From Octopus sinensis (Eukaryota): a DNA stretch of 64,000 nucleotides. Of the stretch, positions 14,200 through 28,697 are shown in pieces (position 1 is the stretch's first letter; each line of letters starts with the position of its first letter). The stretch covers positions 72,230,001 to 72,294,000 of the forward strand of contig NC_042999.1 of NCBI RefSeq assembly GCF_006345805.1, given 5' to 3'. A program made the position numbers and the translations under genes. Under the pieces are notes generated by a model, which searched no databases, was not told the DNA's origin, and worked only from the letters and a program-made list of their open reading frames with translations.

Positions 14200-15150
14200 T
14201 CCCCAATTCGCCGAAAGAAACTTTTCCGTGTGTTAGCATTAGCTGAAAATTTCTGATCAGGAATTCAGCAGTGCAGTAGAATTCTTACATATAAAATGGG
14301 TATGCGATCTTTCTGCTACGTACAGCTTACATTTTTTATCCATTAACATATAGCTTAGGTTTTGCTACGATTTTCCATTCGATTGTATATAATGTGGAGT
14401 TGGTCTTCAAGCACCAAATGTAGCTAGCCATTTTACTGGCTTTCTTTTTGTCGGAAAGAAGTTAGGTGGTTAATATAGCGTCTTTTGAAGTCGCTTTGGC
14501 ATAACACAATGTAATGCTTCTGTTCAGTTAGATTACCATGTATCGTTGCTGTAACTTCATCATATATGACGGAGTTTATCATGAGGCCTTTGTCGAATAG
14601 ACAAACTCGAGAATCTCGACAGTTACAACTGGGAGCAGGCTCTTAATAGTGTTAACGGGTAACAATAATTGTCATACTGAGGCACAGCTGCATAATAACT
14701 TAATTGAGCGTCTATTAAAGATATTTCTGTATTTGTGATTTTCTGGGATATGCTTATCGAAAAGAGAATTGTTTAGTTGCGTTATTTGGCGAACCAAATT
14801 ATTTTCCTTAGCCTATTTCTATTATTATTCTAAGGCCTATTTCTATTATTGTATTATTAGTCGAAGGGTTGTAATATAACTTATCTTTGAAGCTATTGCT
14901 AACCAGGGCATTATTATAGTAGAGCGCTGCCTTATCAAAAACTTCTTTAGAAGAAAATAGATTGGATATCTTATTACCAATGTTACCTATCAGGTTTTTA
15001 AGCACTATAACGGGTGGTAGCAGCATTGTATGTGTATGTAAAATGTTTCTCGGTGAGCCTATGGTACTGTTTACAAAAGTGAGAGTTTAGATCTAGAAAG
15101 ACATCGAAAGTTTTGACTTTTTGACAGAGCATAGCGACAGTAATTTTGAT
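14200..15150 (-). mobile_element. Penelope-like element relic (RT C-terminus plus GIY-YIG endonuclease)
   Basis: Minus strand gives LKNLIGNIGNKISNLFSSKEVFDKAALYYNNAL, then SCNCRDSRVCLFDKGLMINSVIY...HYIVLCQSDFKRRYINHLTSF, then ASYIWCLK..IEWKIVAK..KCKL. These are typical PLE motifs, with frameshifts. Confidence 0.85.
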
Positions 15151-15704
15151 GCATAATTGACTAAAGGTAGTGATGATTTTTATCTTAAATTTATCAAGTG
15201 TATGATCGTCACGGCCATGGAAAACTTCATATTCGTCGTCCCGGATTGTAGGGTGGGAAATTCGATCACCTTTTTCTCCGGATTGAGCAGCTGTATCGGA
15301 GACTTTAGACTCCTTCCGTTGAATCTACATCATCCAGACACAAAACTCTACGGTCAAAGGTGGCATAACTGTAATTCTTCTTTGTTCTTTTTTTTTCGTT
15401 TTTTACACCCTTCCACATTTTGAACCTACTTTCATCTCGTTTTTTACTCGTGATTTCTTAAATTGTCCTGATTTGTAACTTGTGTAAACCAAGTGGTTAG
15501 AGCCTCAAAATTACTTGGCGACGCTATATCTGTTTTAACACTTGCCTAGATAATATCTTCAATGTTTGAAACTCTCTGTAGTTCATATACTGTACAAATT
15601 AAACAATATTTATCTCTCAGCGGATAGTGTACTTTTTTGTTGATTTTACCTTAATGCAAAAGTAAACTATATATATACACGCACGCACACACACACACAT
15701 ACAT

Positions 15705-15747
<43 letters not shown>

Positions 15748-15776
15748 ATATATATATATATATATGTATGTATATA

Positions 15777-15811
<35 letters not shown>

Positions 15812-16034
15812 GATAGATATATATAGATAGATATATATATATGTATATTATATATATATATGTATATATATATAGATATATATATATATATATTATATAT
15901 ATATATATATAGTATATATATATGTATATATTTATATATATATATCGTTAATGAAATATATACTGAATTTCTAATAAGTGCTCTAGTAGGGAAATGTCTA
16001 AAATATTAAAGGTAGCGATTATATATTATATTTT

Positions 16035-16288
16035 AAAATAAGAACAGGAAAATTGCATCAAAAAATCATCACAAGATATACGTCCAATATAATATTGTAT
16101 TAATAGATAGGTGTATAAATATATAAAGTATGATTATTCAAAAAGTTTTAAAATTTAGATATTTTAAACTTTTAAACTTTTTGAATAATCATAATTTATA
16201 TATTTATACATCTATCTATTAATACAATATTATATTGGACGTATATCTTCTGTGATGATTTTTTGTGCAATTTTCCTGCTCTTATTTT
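16035..16288. repeat. Long imperfect palindrome (~120-bp arms)
   Basis: AAAATAAGAACAGGAAAATTGCA...ATTCAAAAAGTTT is mirrored by AAACTTTTTGAAT...TGCAATTTTCCTGCTCTTATTTT. Confidence 0.9.
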
Positions 16289-16297
16289 ATAATATAT

Positions 16298-16358
<61 letters not shown>

Positions 16359-16413
16359 TTACACTCAAACACTTTTCGCATCACATCTGTGCGTCTGTAT
16401 GTACACCTATATA

Positions 16414-17450
16414 GGATCTTATCGGTTTGGCTGCCAGCATCAATTCCGTTCGACTTGATATCATATTCAATATAATTATTGGCTAATTAATGACGTGAAA
16501 GTAATTTTCGCTGTAAAACAATAAATAAAGAGTCATTAGCAATTAAAGTTTGAAAATTTGGGTACTTTTAGCCAATCGTAAGCCACAGAAAAATTCATGC
16601 CTGTTTCGATAGTAAGAAGCGAATCCGAGCAGTCTTTGAAAAGCATTTTATCTGCGAGGAAGCACGTGTTGACAAATTTGACGCTTTGTTCTTTGTTCTA
16701 TGTGATTATGGCAGCAATCCCCAATAACTTTGTTTCTATCATGGAAACATTAAAATCAGAGGAGGATATTTTTAAGATTAAAACCAAAAGTTAAATGTTT
16801 GGTTTTTAAGCGTATTTTTTTCACTCTTATTTTCATATATAACATCTTTTTGAATATTGTCATTTTATAAGATTTTACTGGCAAATTTTAAAATTAACAT
16901 AAGCATTTATTTACATAAAAGAAAATTACGTGAGAACTTGCATTTAATTCTTCCAAATCTTTGTTAAAAGTCGTAATATGTTTATCGCATGTAACGTGTT
17001 GTTTATCGCATTTGCATTAAAGGCATATTGAATGCTTAAATATTCCTTCACTCGTTTCTTTTTGTCATTGAACATTGAGGTGGATGTGTTGTGTGCTAAA
17101 AATAACACCTAAATAAAATATTATGGATTAAACTTTTCAATTAACATAAACATTTACTTACATGGAAGAAAATTACATAACACGTGTTCTTTACAAATAT
17201 TGAAAAGACGTGCTATTTTCAGTATGTTGACGACAAAATGTGAAGTCACGCACAAAATGACAGCGTCCAAATCCTGGGTGGATGAAAATGATCAAATTTT
17301 AAACTTCTATAACAATTTTTAACGCATGTTTCTGGAAAAAATGTAATAACTCCTGCAATTCAGTTTGAGCAAGTGCATTACTGTGCCAAATTTTAAAATC
17401 TTCGGTAAACTTTAATGTTTGAAATGCTGACGGTCAAACCGATAAGATCC
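16414..17450. mobile_element. ~1-kb non-autonomous DNA transposon with ~27-bp terminal inverted repeats
   Basis: Left end GGATCTTATCGGTTTGGCTGCCAGCAT, right end ATGCTGACGGTCAAACCGATAAGATCC. Internal ~44-bp direct repeat near 16886 and 17133. No ORF. Confidence 0.7.
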
Positions 17451-17500
<50 letters not shown>

Positions 17501-18689
17501 TAAATAAAGCATATGCATATATATATATACATATATGTACGTATCTACCTCTACATGTATATATACACGCATATATGAGTACAGGACACCAAAAGAACGT
17601 CGAACACAATGAAAAACGAAAATATTAACACAAACCCAAGGAACTGGACATTTTTCTTAAACAACAAAGAAATAGAGTACAGGACAAATAACACAAGAAA
17701 AAAATCCTTCTTCAGTCGCCATGGTTTCATCTACTCTACGTTTCGAAGAGAGAGAGAGACAGACAGACAGATACACACGTCATGGACAAACATATTTATA
17801 TACATGCATATACATGTATATGCGTGTATAAAAATTAACATAAACAGCTAGGTGCAGTTCCATAAAAGAAAAATTTAATCAAATATGACTGAGTGTGCCC
17901 AAGAAAAAGGAGGTAGTCATTAGTCAGGTATTATATATATTGTGCGTGTGTGTGTGTGAGTCCAAGAGAGAGAGAGAGGGGGGGAGAGAGATGCTTTCAA
18001 ATACAATGACTAAATCTAAATTGACATCTCGGATTATGGATTCAATACAATTGAAAAGAAGTTGTTTTCTCTCTTTCTCTCTTTCTTTCTTTCTCTCTTT
18101 CTTTCTTTCTTTCTTTCTTTCCTTCTTTCTTCCTTTCTCGTTCCTCCATCTATCTATCTATCTATCTATGTCACTTTCTCCCTCTTTCTTTTTCTTTTCT
18201 TTCCACTTTCTTTTTTGTCTTTCTTTGTCCGTTTTATTAAAACACTAAATCTTGAAATGTCATAAAGATCAACCATTCGTAAAACTACTGACCATGAAAA
18301 TACAATAAAAGCCATCTAACGGAAAAAAAAGACCCCTTCTCTCTTTCTTCCTTTACCTTCCTTCATTTCTTTCTTTCTGCTTTCTTTTGTCTTTCTCTCT
18401 ATTCTGTCCTCTTTCCTATCTTTCTGTCTTTCTTTTTCTCTTTACCTTTTTGCTATTTTCCCTCTGCAGAGGTTCAAACACACACACATATGTACACACG
18501 CACACACACATGCTCACACACACACACACACATATATATATATTATATAAATATATATACACACACAGAGATGTATATAAAAGAGACCAAAGTGTACGTA
18601 CGCTGCTATGTATATATATATATATATATAATATATATATATATAATATATATTATATATATATTATATATATATATAATATAATACAA

Positions 18690-19230
18690 AATGGGACAAG
18701 AACTCAAAACATCCGGACAGTTTGGTGATACAAAAACGGGACAACAAAAGATCCAGATGGACGATACAAAGAAAACAATGACAGGTCATTCGAACTTTTC
18801 TTTCCTCCTGGCAACATCGATATTCCTCCCTGTGCTTGTGAAACCTTGTATCACTGCAGTAAGGCTTCATTTCCACACATGCCAGCTTAATTTAATTCGT
18901 CCTTAGTCGAAAGGCACCTGTTGTTATGTTCTATTATTATTTTGATTGTATTTGTGTAAAATCGTCCGTTCTTTTCCGTCCTTGTTTTTGTATACGTTCG
19001 CTGCTTTCTTCTAACGAGTCTAATGCTCTTAGCTTAGTTTTTCTTTGGGGCTGGCCAGATTGGAGCAATCTCAATTATAATCAGCCGAAATAGTGAAGAT
19101 AATCTGGTACTTAACCGAGGAAAGAAAACTTCGAATGACCCGTCCTTGTTTTCTTTGTATCGTCTCGATGTTTTGTTTTCCCATTTTTGTATTACCAAAC
19201 TGTCCAGATATTTTGCGTTCTTGTCCCATT
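18690..19230. mobile_element. Foldback element with ~115-bp inverted arms within (TA)n
   Basis: 18690-18807 (AATGGGACAAGAAC...TCATTCGAACTTTTCTTTCCTC) is inverted at 19117-19230 (GAGGAAAGAAAACTTCGAATGA...GTTCTTGTCCCATT). Confidence 0.75.
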
Positions 19231-19246
19231 CTCATATATACATATA

Positions 19247-19279
<33 letters not shown>

Positions 19280-19289
19280 CTCGTTTACT

Positions 19290-19691
19290 CGTTTACTTGT
19301 TTCAGTCATTTGACTGCGGCCATGCTGGAGCACCGCCTTTAGTCGAGCAAATCGACCCGGGGACTTATTCTTTGTAAGCCCAGTACTTATTCTATCGGTC
19401 TCTTTTGCCGAACCGCTAAGTGACGGGGACGTAAACACACCAGCATCGGTTGTCAAGCAATGCTAGGGGGACAAACAACAGACCCAAACATATACACACA
19501 CACTTAATATATATATATACATATATACGACAGGCTTCTTTCAGTTTTCGTCTACCAAATCCACTCACAAGGCATTGGTCAGCCCGGGGCTATAGCAGAA
19601 GACACTTGCCCAAGATGCCACGCAGTGGGACTGAACCCGGAACCATGTGGTTGGTTAGCAAGCTACTTACCACACAGCCACTCCTGCGCCT
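19290..19691 (-). mobile_element. Full-length tRNA-derived SINE (dominant family in the window)
   Basis: Minus-strand head AGGCGCAGGAGTGGCTGTGTGGTAAG...GGTTCAGTCCC (A and B boxes), internal microsatellite, and tail ending ...GCAGTCAAATGACTGAAACAAGTAAA. Homologous to the copies at 23553 and 27430. Confidence 0.85.
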
Positions 19692-19695
19692 ATAT

Positions 19696-19975
19696 ATAGG
19701 GAGAGTTTACGAAAAAAAAACAAAAGACGAAGACAGGTGGTCTACAAAACAAACAGATGTATTAGTATAACGCTCAGGAATAGGAAAAGTGTTTTACGTT
19801 TTGAGCCTATGCTCTTCTAAGGAAAGGGACACAGAATAAACAAGGAGAGAAACAAGGAGAGAATAAAAAGGAGAGAAAAAAGGAGAGAAAAAGAAAGGAG
19901 AGAAAAAAGGAGAGAAAAACAAGTGGAGAAAAAAGGAGAGAGAAAAATGCGTGTAGTGGCTAACGATCTATCATA
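19696..19975 (-). repeat. Dispersed repeat (probable Penelope-like terminal repeat) with AAGGAGAGAAA minisatellite
   Basis: Inverted homologue of 26466-26645, with related copies near 24810-24930 and 28745-28885. Shares a GAGC-N3/4-GCTC-GAAACGT-type motif (degenerate in this copy). Confidence 0.6.
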
Positions 19976-20691
19976 TCAATGATTGAACAGACAGTACACA
20001 ACAAGGAGAAAGGTTAGACAAAAGCAAAGCAAACGGGAAACAAGACGAAAACTTAACAGACGGGGAATATAGACAAGGGCACGATACACGGAATATTCGC
20101 AGCTGAATTTTCCTCGTCAGTCAATGACAAAATGCTACGAAATCACAGGTGATCTGCAGCTGAATTCTGTTTTTAAATTACTTGTTTCGAGAGTTGCATT
20201 CGGTACGATATGTTTATTTATTTTAGTAGTTTTGACTTTAAGAGTCCCTCCTAGTATGTGGAATTTATGTGTTAAAATGCCCTCTATATAATATAAATAA
20301 ATATATTTAAGTGAAAATTTGGTGGATTTTTTATCTTATGAGGTTTTTCACGCTAGCTACTTCATAAATTCTTATGAAGATTTTATCCTATTTTTAAATC
20401 ATTTATATATACACGTTTTTTTTTTTTGCCTTATAGGATTTTTTTTTCAGAAAATATGAGAGACATGTAATATATTGTTTTAACGACGAAATTCGAAGTT
20501 GATAAAGTTATAATTAATAACTGCCTGTAGGAAATTGGATCAAAAGGAAACTTGGATAAAAAAAATGCCGAAGGCTTCCCATGGGACTATGAATACAGAT
20601 ATATGTAAATATGCAAATATTCATATATGTGTGTATATATTGTGCGTGTGTATGTGTGTTTGTATATGTATATTTATGTATAGATATATAA

Positions 20692-20745
<54 letters not shown>

Positions 20746-21134
20746 GTATATTGTATATATGTATATATAAAAGTGTTTAAATGTTCCTCAGTTGGTATCG
20801 ATGACAATATATTCGAACATTCCAAGACATACTGCAAACTTACGTTCACCCGAGAATTCTTGCTGTTTATGTTGCTGAACAGTTAATACGCTAGGGGGTT
20901 CAATTAAAATATCTTTATATCTCAAAGTAATGTTCAACTGCTATTCCTTTAAAAATACTTCGGTCTTCTCAATAACATATACACTTAAAGCTAAGTATTT
21001 ATATATGTGTGTGACTGTTGTATGTAGGCGTGGTTGTCTGGAAAATAGTATGTGTTGGGTTCAGTCCCACTGCGTAGTAGCTGGGACCCAGTCCTAGCCT
21101 GACAAAAGTTTGTGAATGGATTTGGTAGACGTGT

Positions 21135-21176
<42 letters not shown>

Positions 21177-21219
21177 GACTGACAGACTAGATAGCTAGCT
21201 AGCTAGCTAGCTAGCTAGC

Positions 21220-21277
<58 letters not shown>

Positions 21278-21935
21278 TACACACATTCAAAATCTACCTT
21301 GCCCTTTTCGTTTTTTCTTGTCTATATCTTTATCTCTTTGTTTACATATATGTATGAGCGATTATATGCCTGTACGTTTGCGTGTATCTGAATTACTTAA
21401 AACTACATAGATATACAATGATATACAGATCCAATAAAATAACCTCTCTATATAAGATGATTGATAGTTAATAGTAGAATAACTTCGCCTTAATTCTTTA
21501 GCGATTTCTCGGTGTATAGAGCTTGTAATATATATTTGTTCATTCCAAAATCTTCTCTTCCTTGCTTAGTTTCAGTTTCTTCCTCCATTTCGACCATGCT
21601 GCAGCACCGACTTCAGCTGAAATAGATATTCTTGTTACATTTTTCTGGATGTATTTTTGCTTTCTTTCATTTGATAATTTTAAATCTTCCGCTTATGTAA
21701 CTAAGTTATTGTTATTGGTTTCTGAGTTATTTCTCGAAAGTACTATCATGTAATTGCCATAGAAATGTTCATTATACTGAACATATTTGTAATCAAATAA
21801 GAAAAAAATATTATCGAATTAATTCATTGCATAAAAAATTAGGACAACCTACATAGTCTAATACAAGGAAAATATATATATATATTTGTGTATGTCAGTG
21901 TATACATACTTTGATACATAAATTTATACGTGTGC

Positions 21936-21985
<50 letters not shown>

Positions 21986-22329
21986 TGTGTGTGCGTGTGT
22001 GTATGTATATATATAGATATAGATATATACACACATACATATGTATATATAAATACGTACGTACACATGCACTCATACATAGGCATACACGCATACTCAC
22101 ACACACAAATTAACATGTGTAGGTGGGTGTGTGGGTGGGTGTGGGTGGGTGTGGGTGGGTGTGGGTGTGTGAACGAACGAAAGAAAGTAGCACTGCACAT
22201 TTAGCAAGAGTTGCATTTATTATATAATGGTTCGGATCAGCTACACATAACATAAAGTTTCGTGGATACAGCACACTTCCAACGCATCAGACATACGAGG
22301 AGATTGGAGAGTATTTAAAAGCAATTTTA

Positions 22330-22630
22330 AATGATTTTTAAGTATCCATCACTCAGAACCTAAAGAAAGTTAGGAACAGAAAAGTAATGTTGTTTAATTC
22401 TCTATTCAAACTAAATGTTTCCGCTAATATAGCTAGGAGCACCTGACGCTAGTTAGAAAATATTTTCCAAAACCCCAATAGATATCATAAATTCTTTAAT
22501 TCCTATAACGTGAAGATTAATTCCTTAAGCTTAGCTATTATCGCTTCTAACATTACATGGTACAAGATAATCAAAAAATCATCCAAACAGTCTTCACCCA
22601 CCATTCCAGGCTGTAACAGACAAAATCCTA
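22330..22630 (+). mobile_element. Penelope-like element fragment (RT-endonuclease linker)
   Basis: Translates RNRKVMLFNSLFKLNVSANIAR ... YHKFFNSYNVKINS, matching the PLE linker pattern WFNPPYS-NV-TNI...KIFNRN-VK-SYS. Confidence 0.65.
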
Positions 22631-22942
22631 CCAATTGACAATCAAGACCCTGACTTAAAATAAACACAACTAGATTCGAAGTCGATGTAAATATAAACAG
22701 ATGCATTGATTTATACGCAAAAACACATTCAGACACAAATACAAGCCTAAACACCCACACACAATGACATATCAACAGACCAATAACGGCTGACGAGGTA
22801 AATACCCATTGAAACACCTACATGATCCGGGATGTGCATTGTGTCAAATATACTGTGCTCTTTTTATTGTGTGGTATATTGGGCGTCCCTTGTGATTTGT
22901 TAAATTTGCATAGCTCTAAAATTATTTGTGTGAATGTGTATG

Positions 22943-22976
<34 letters not shown>

Positions 22977-22999
22977 TGTATGTATGTATGTATGTATGT

Positions 23000-23068
<69 letters not shown>

Positions 23069-23552
23069 AGATAGATAGATAGATAGGTATTCCAACACAC
23101 TTTTAATATATATATGTGTGTATGTATGTTATGTTATGTATGTATGTATGTATGCATGTATGTATGTATGTATGTATGTATGTATGTATGTATGTATGTA
23201 TGCATGCACGTGTGTATGTAGAAAATGTTAACAGAGGATTAAACAATAATAACACAAGTGTTGCAGAACCGAACGCATAAATATTATTATAAGTGTGATG
23301 TGAACAAGTTTACCACACACGAACTACGTCTTATGAAAAATAGCTGATTAACATGTCGGACGTTTCTATACTCCAAGATTCCTAAAAAGAGTTTTATAAG
23401 ACTTCGAAAGAAAACTTCATATCTAAGACGTCAACATCCATCAACTATAATTAACGACAAGTTTGCTTTAAATCCAAAAGCTATATGACAGAGGACGGGA
23501 GTGCATCGCCGTTACGGCTGGTAATGCACCATTCAGTGATTTGAATATGTAA

Positions 23553-23925
23553 TGCAGGTGTGGCTGTGTGGTAAGAAGCTTGCTTTCCAATCACATGATT
23601 CTGGGTTCAGTCTCACTGTGTGGCAACTTGGGCAAGTGCTTTTTACTATAGCCTCGGGCCGACTAAAGCCTTGTGAATGGATTTGGTAGACGGAAACTGA
23701 AACAAGCCCGTCGTATGTATGTGTGTGTGTGTCCTCCACTACTATGTGATAACCGGTGTTGGTGTGCTTACGTCCTATTAACTTAGTGGTTCGGCAAAAT
23801 AAACTGATAGAAGAGATCAGACTTTAAAAAATTATTTCTTTTGTCGATTCATTCGACTAATAATGCTTCAAGGCAGTGCCCTAACATGGCTGCAGTCTAG
23901 TGAGTGAAACAAGTAAAAGATGAAA
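23553..23925 (+). mobile_element. tRNA-derived SINE (same family as 19290)
   Basis: GGTGTGGCTGTGTGGTAAGAAGC...GGTTCAGTCTC head, GGATTTGGTAGACGGAAACTGA body, GAAACAAGTAAAAGA tail. Confidence 0.8.
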
Positions 23926-24942
23926 GATAAAAGAATGCAAAGAAGGATTTCAGTTACAATGCCATACACACTTGAATGCAATGAGAAAGCAACTCTGTGC
24001 TAATATGAGTAGAAAAGCATGTCTCTCTTGGTATCTAATAGTGATGAGAACTAATAAGTATGAAATGCATCCATCGGTCCAACAGAGAATGCTCTGAGCT
24101 GAGTACGGTTTCTAACGCTATTTCTTTTTCTTTTGTCTCTAAAGAGAATTCTCTTTCTCCATGACAAGCAGCAGCGAAAAGCCTTTGCACGTTCAAATAT
24201 CTCTCAAACATGCTTGAACTGGGTTTTTTAAGTTTGTATTCTTTCCGTCACTCACACAATCTTTAACAGTCTCACCACACATACCACTATACGAGCAGCC
24301 ACACACTCTGTTTAACTCAGTACACACACCATACACCATCATGCACACTCCCAAACCACACCAACACGAGCACATAATACCTGAACACAGACAGTATATA
24401 CACACAAACAAGCAACAGGCATAAACACACACAACACGCAAAGATAAAGGTAATTTTCGCCTATACACACGCACACTATTTGGTCACAGACTCACACACG
24501 CAGACATACACATGTGCACACACCACCTGAACAAGCACACGTCAACTGCAACACGCAACACACACACATACACATTAGACTCACCCACCCCTATTCACAA
24601 ATACATACTCACACACCATTCTCACAAACACATACTCTGGCGCACCTTAATTCGCTGGGATCACCGTTAACTTTGCCTTTATTATTATTATCTCCCTTTC
24701 ATTCAACGTCTTTTTTCCTGTCATCTCGTCATGTTTACCCGTTGAACTCTGCACATTTTTCTCTCTCTGTTTTTTTTTTTCTCATTCTCTCTTTTTTTTC
24801 CCGCTCTTAACCCTTTCTTTCGAAGAACGTAGGCTTGAAACGTAAAGACTTTTCCATTTCCCTCGAGTGTTAAATTAATACACCTGCTTGTTATTCCTAC
24901 ACCTGTCATCGTATTTTGTTTCTGTAAATTTGAACTATATAT

Positions 24943-25048
<106 letters not shown>

Positions 25049-25109
25049 TACATACACACACATTCTTCATACACACAAAACAGACATACACACACATATG
25101 TATCTGTGT

Positions 25110-25140
<31 letters not shown>

Positions 25141-26465
25141 AGCAATATAGAGAGAGAGGGAGAGGGGACAGAAAGAGAGAAGGGCGAGAGAGAGAGAGCG
25201 AGAAAAAGAGAAAATAGGTCTTTATATGCATATATACAATATGGACTATTCATGTATGCATCTATGTATAGGTATATGTATATGTACTTATGTATATATA
25301 CATATGTATGTATGTATGTGTATGCTACGTACATATGAAGCATATTTACGTATGTGTATAAGTGTGTGTATGGTTTCATTTGTTTGGTGACTCTTTATTC
25401 GAATGTCACTTCAATAGATCCAGATATAGAAAAATGCCTTGGTTGTGTCTAATATATCGTTCATTGTTCCAGTAATGGACTAAATCTTTATATATGATGC
25501 TTGGTGAATCGAATGGCAGAAATCTTATTTTGTTTCTTAAAGAACTTTAGATCGCTTTGTGAATATTTTTTATTGTTTTTTTATATGAATAAGTAGATGT
25601 AGTTATTATTAGTTTTAACGTTATTATTTGTTACCAACTCTGCAGCTTAAGTCGAGACTTTACATTCAGCTTTCTTAAACAACCAACTTTCAGTACAATA
25701 AATGTCGGAACAATATTAGCTTTATTATGTTTTCACTTACTGCAGGGGCTTTCTTCCACAGTAGGAATGTTTTTTATTAATATCATATTATCAATATTTT
25801 CACGTTGTAATAGTTTGAATATCCCCTTTCCTTTGATTTTCCCACCTCTCTTACTTTCTCTCCCTCCCCTCCACTCTCTCTCTCTCTCTCTCTCTCCCTC
25901 TCTCTCTGTTTCTCTGTGCCTTTTGTTATTCCTACCGTATTCTAGTTCCCTGTTTTGAAATGGTATAGACATATTCATTCAAGCGTGGCCTATCGTTTAT
26001 TCACAAGCCTATAAAACATGTTTTCGCTCGTTTTGTTATCGGATGTATTTTTGTATAGATATATTTATGTATAATACCCTTTTTATAATATAGCATTTCT
26101 ATTATACATGTGTATGATACTGAATGACTCGCCGAACGTCTATGTATTTGTGGGTAGTTCTATGAGTGTGTATATGTGTGTGTGTTTCATTTTCGTAAAT
26201 ATACTACCAGAGGATTCCTTAGCAAGTGATGAAATCCCAAAGTGTGTAAACAGATCGTGTTATTTTAATATTTACAAAGTGACTACAATTTATATATGTA
26301 CACACACACAAACCGAAACATATGTGTATCTTTGCGCACATAACCGTTTGTGTATGCACGTTTTTGTAAGTACGTGTTTGTAAATATGTTTATGCATGAA
26401 GGTATGGTGTGTGTGTGTGTGTGTGTGTGTGTCTACCAAAGTCATTATTATAGTTTTAGTCACCA

Positions 26466-26645
26466 TGATAGATCCTTAGCCACTTCACACATTTTTTCTC
26501 TCCTTGCTTTTCTCTGTATCCCTTGCTATAGCAGAGCGTAGGCTCGAAACGTAAAATACTTTTTTCTATTCCTGAGCGTTATACTAATACATCTGTTTGT
26601 TTTGTAGACAACCTGTCTTCGTCTTTTTTTCGTAAACTCTCCCTT
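26466..26645 (+). repeat. Dispersed repeat (probable Penelope-like terminal repeat)
   Basis: Homologous to the reverse complement of 19696-19975. Contains GAGCGTAGGCTCGAAACGTA. Confidence 0.6.
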
Positions 26646-27297
26646 TATTGTAGTTTTATTTCTCTTACACCACACGTTTCCAAAGAAAATGAGGAACAGA
26701 GCTTATTCCACTACTAATGAGAAGCAAACCAGCGACCATTCAATGAGTAGTACCTCATCAGTTAAATTATTTTAGTAACAATAAATGCAATTTGCGAGAT
26801 TAAATTTACAAAATTTATTTTAATATTTCACATTTGAACTGTGCGCGATATGCAATAGAATTACGTTAGAAAACTGGTAGCAGTGATGCAACGAAAATTT
26901 GGACAATGAGTTAATAAGTGAAAACAGAAAATATGTTTTGTGAGTAATTAAATGTGTGAAAATATCTCTTACCCGATGTAGTTACTGTATTTTAATGTAA
27001 ATTAATTAACTTCTTTGACCCCGAAATAATTTATATGGGAAAAAAGCCCAAACTTTTTTTTCTGCAATTCCACTCTAAATGAAAATTATTCCCCGGCCAC
27101 TTGCCAATGTACAGTTTATTGTGTGCAAGAATTTAATTAATTTTCTGCCAAAGTAACATTGTTAGAAATTACATTTCTTTGACAAATTCCCAAAGACATT
27201 TATTTCTCTGTTCAATCATTAATATTCCCTTGTCTACGGTCTTAAGTATATAATTTTCTTTTCTTGATATATAATATAATATATATATATGTATATA

Positions 27298-27359
<62 letters not shown>

Positions 27360-27429
27360 AATATATCCATACATATACATACATACATACATACATATAT
27401 ATACATTTCTCTTTTTTTATCTTTTAACT

Positions 27430-27610
27430 TTTACTTGTTTCAGTCATTAGACTGCGGCCATGCGGGTCATGGCCTTGAATTTTTAGTCGGTTGAATCCCC
27501 CCCACCCAGTACTTATTTTTAAAGCTTGGTATTTATACTATCAGACACTTTTGCCGAAGTGCTAAGTTACGAGGACAGAAACACACCAACACAGAGACAC
27601 ACATAGATAT

Positions 27611-27674
<64 letters not shown>

Positions 27675-27835
27675 CGCACACACGATGTGCTTCTTTCCGT
27701 TTCCGTCTACCAGATCCACTCACAATGCTTTGGTCCGCCCGAGGCCATACTAGAAGACACCTGCCCAAGATACCACGGAGTGGAACTGAAACCGGAACCA
27801 TGTGGTTCGGGAGCAAACTTCTTACAACACAGCCT
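27430..27835 (-). mobile_element. tRNA-derived SINE (same family as 19290)
   Basis: Collinear with 19290-19691, including the internal (TA)n expansion. Confidence 0.8.
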
Positions 27836-28468
27836 ATGATCACGAGTAAGAAGTCATGTTCTTCGCAAATCCTATAAAACAAAGACCAACGTTCAAGAAA
27901 AACAAGGTTTCTCTTGAACAGCTGGAAATTAATAGTTGCAAACAAAAAATAGGAAGGGAAAAGTAATTCCAGAGTGCTAATTATTTTGTTTACTCTGTAG
28001 TGTTTCAAGGTATGCATATTTGTTTTCAACTTTTGTTGTCTGAATATGCGTATGAAAATAACTAACATTTATACACGCATGTATACAAGCGTTACGGCAC
28101 CTGCACAGACACACACGTATGTACAGATGCACACAGACGCGCACACACACGTACTTATATACATATATACACACACATATATATACTCATATGCATGTAT
28201 ATATGTATGCGTATATACATATATACATATGTACACAGATACACATACATACATCCGAACACATGCATGTCCAGATATATATATGCACGCACATATACGC
28301 GCATATGTATATATATATTCCAGCTTACATATATACACACAAGTTCCCTCGTGCACATACATTCATACGCAGGTGTACATGTATATATTCACACGTACGC
28401 CTGTTTGTAAACATTTGCTCGTATATACATACACATACATACTTATATAGCTATATATATACACACAT

Positions 28469-28517
<49 letters not shown>

Positions 28518-28606
28518 TATGTATATATATATATATATATAATATATATATAATATATATATATGTATATATTATATATGTATATATATATATATATATG
28601 TGTGTG

Positions 28607-28697
<91 letters not shown>

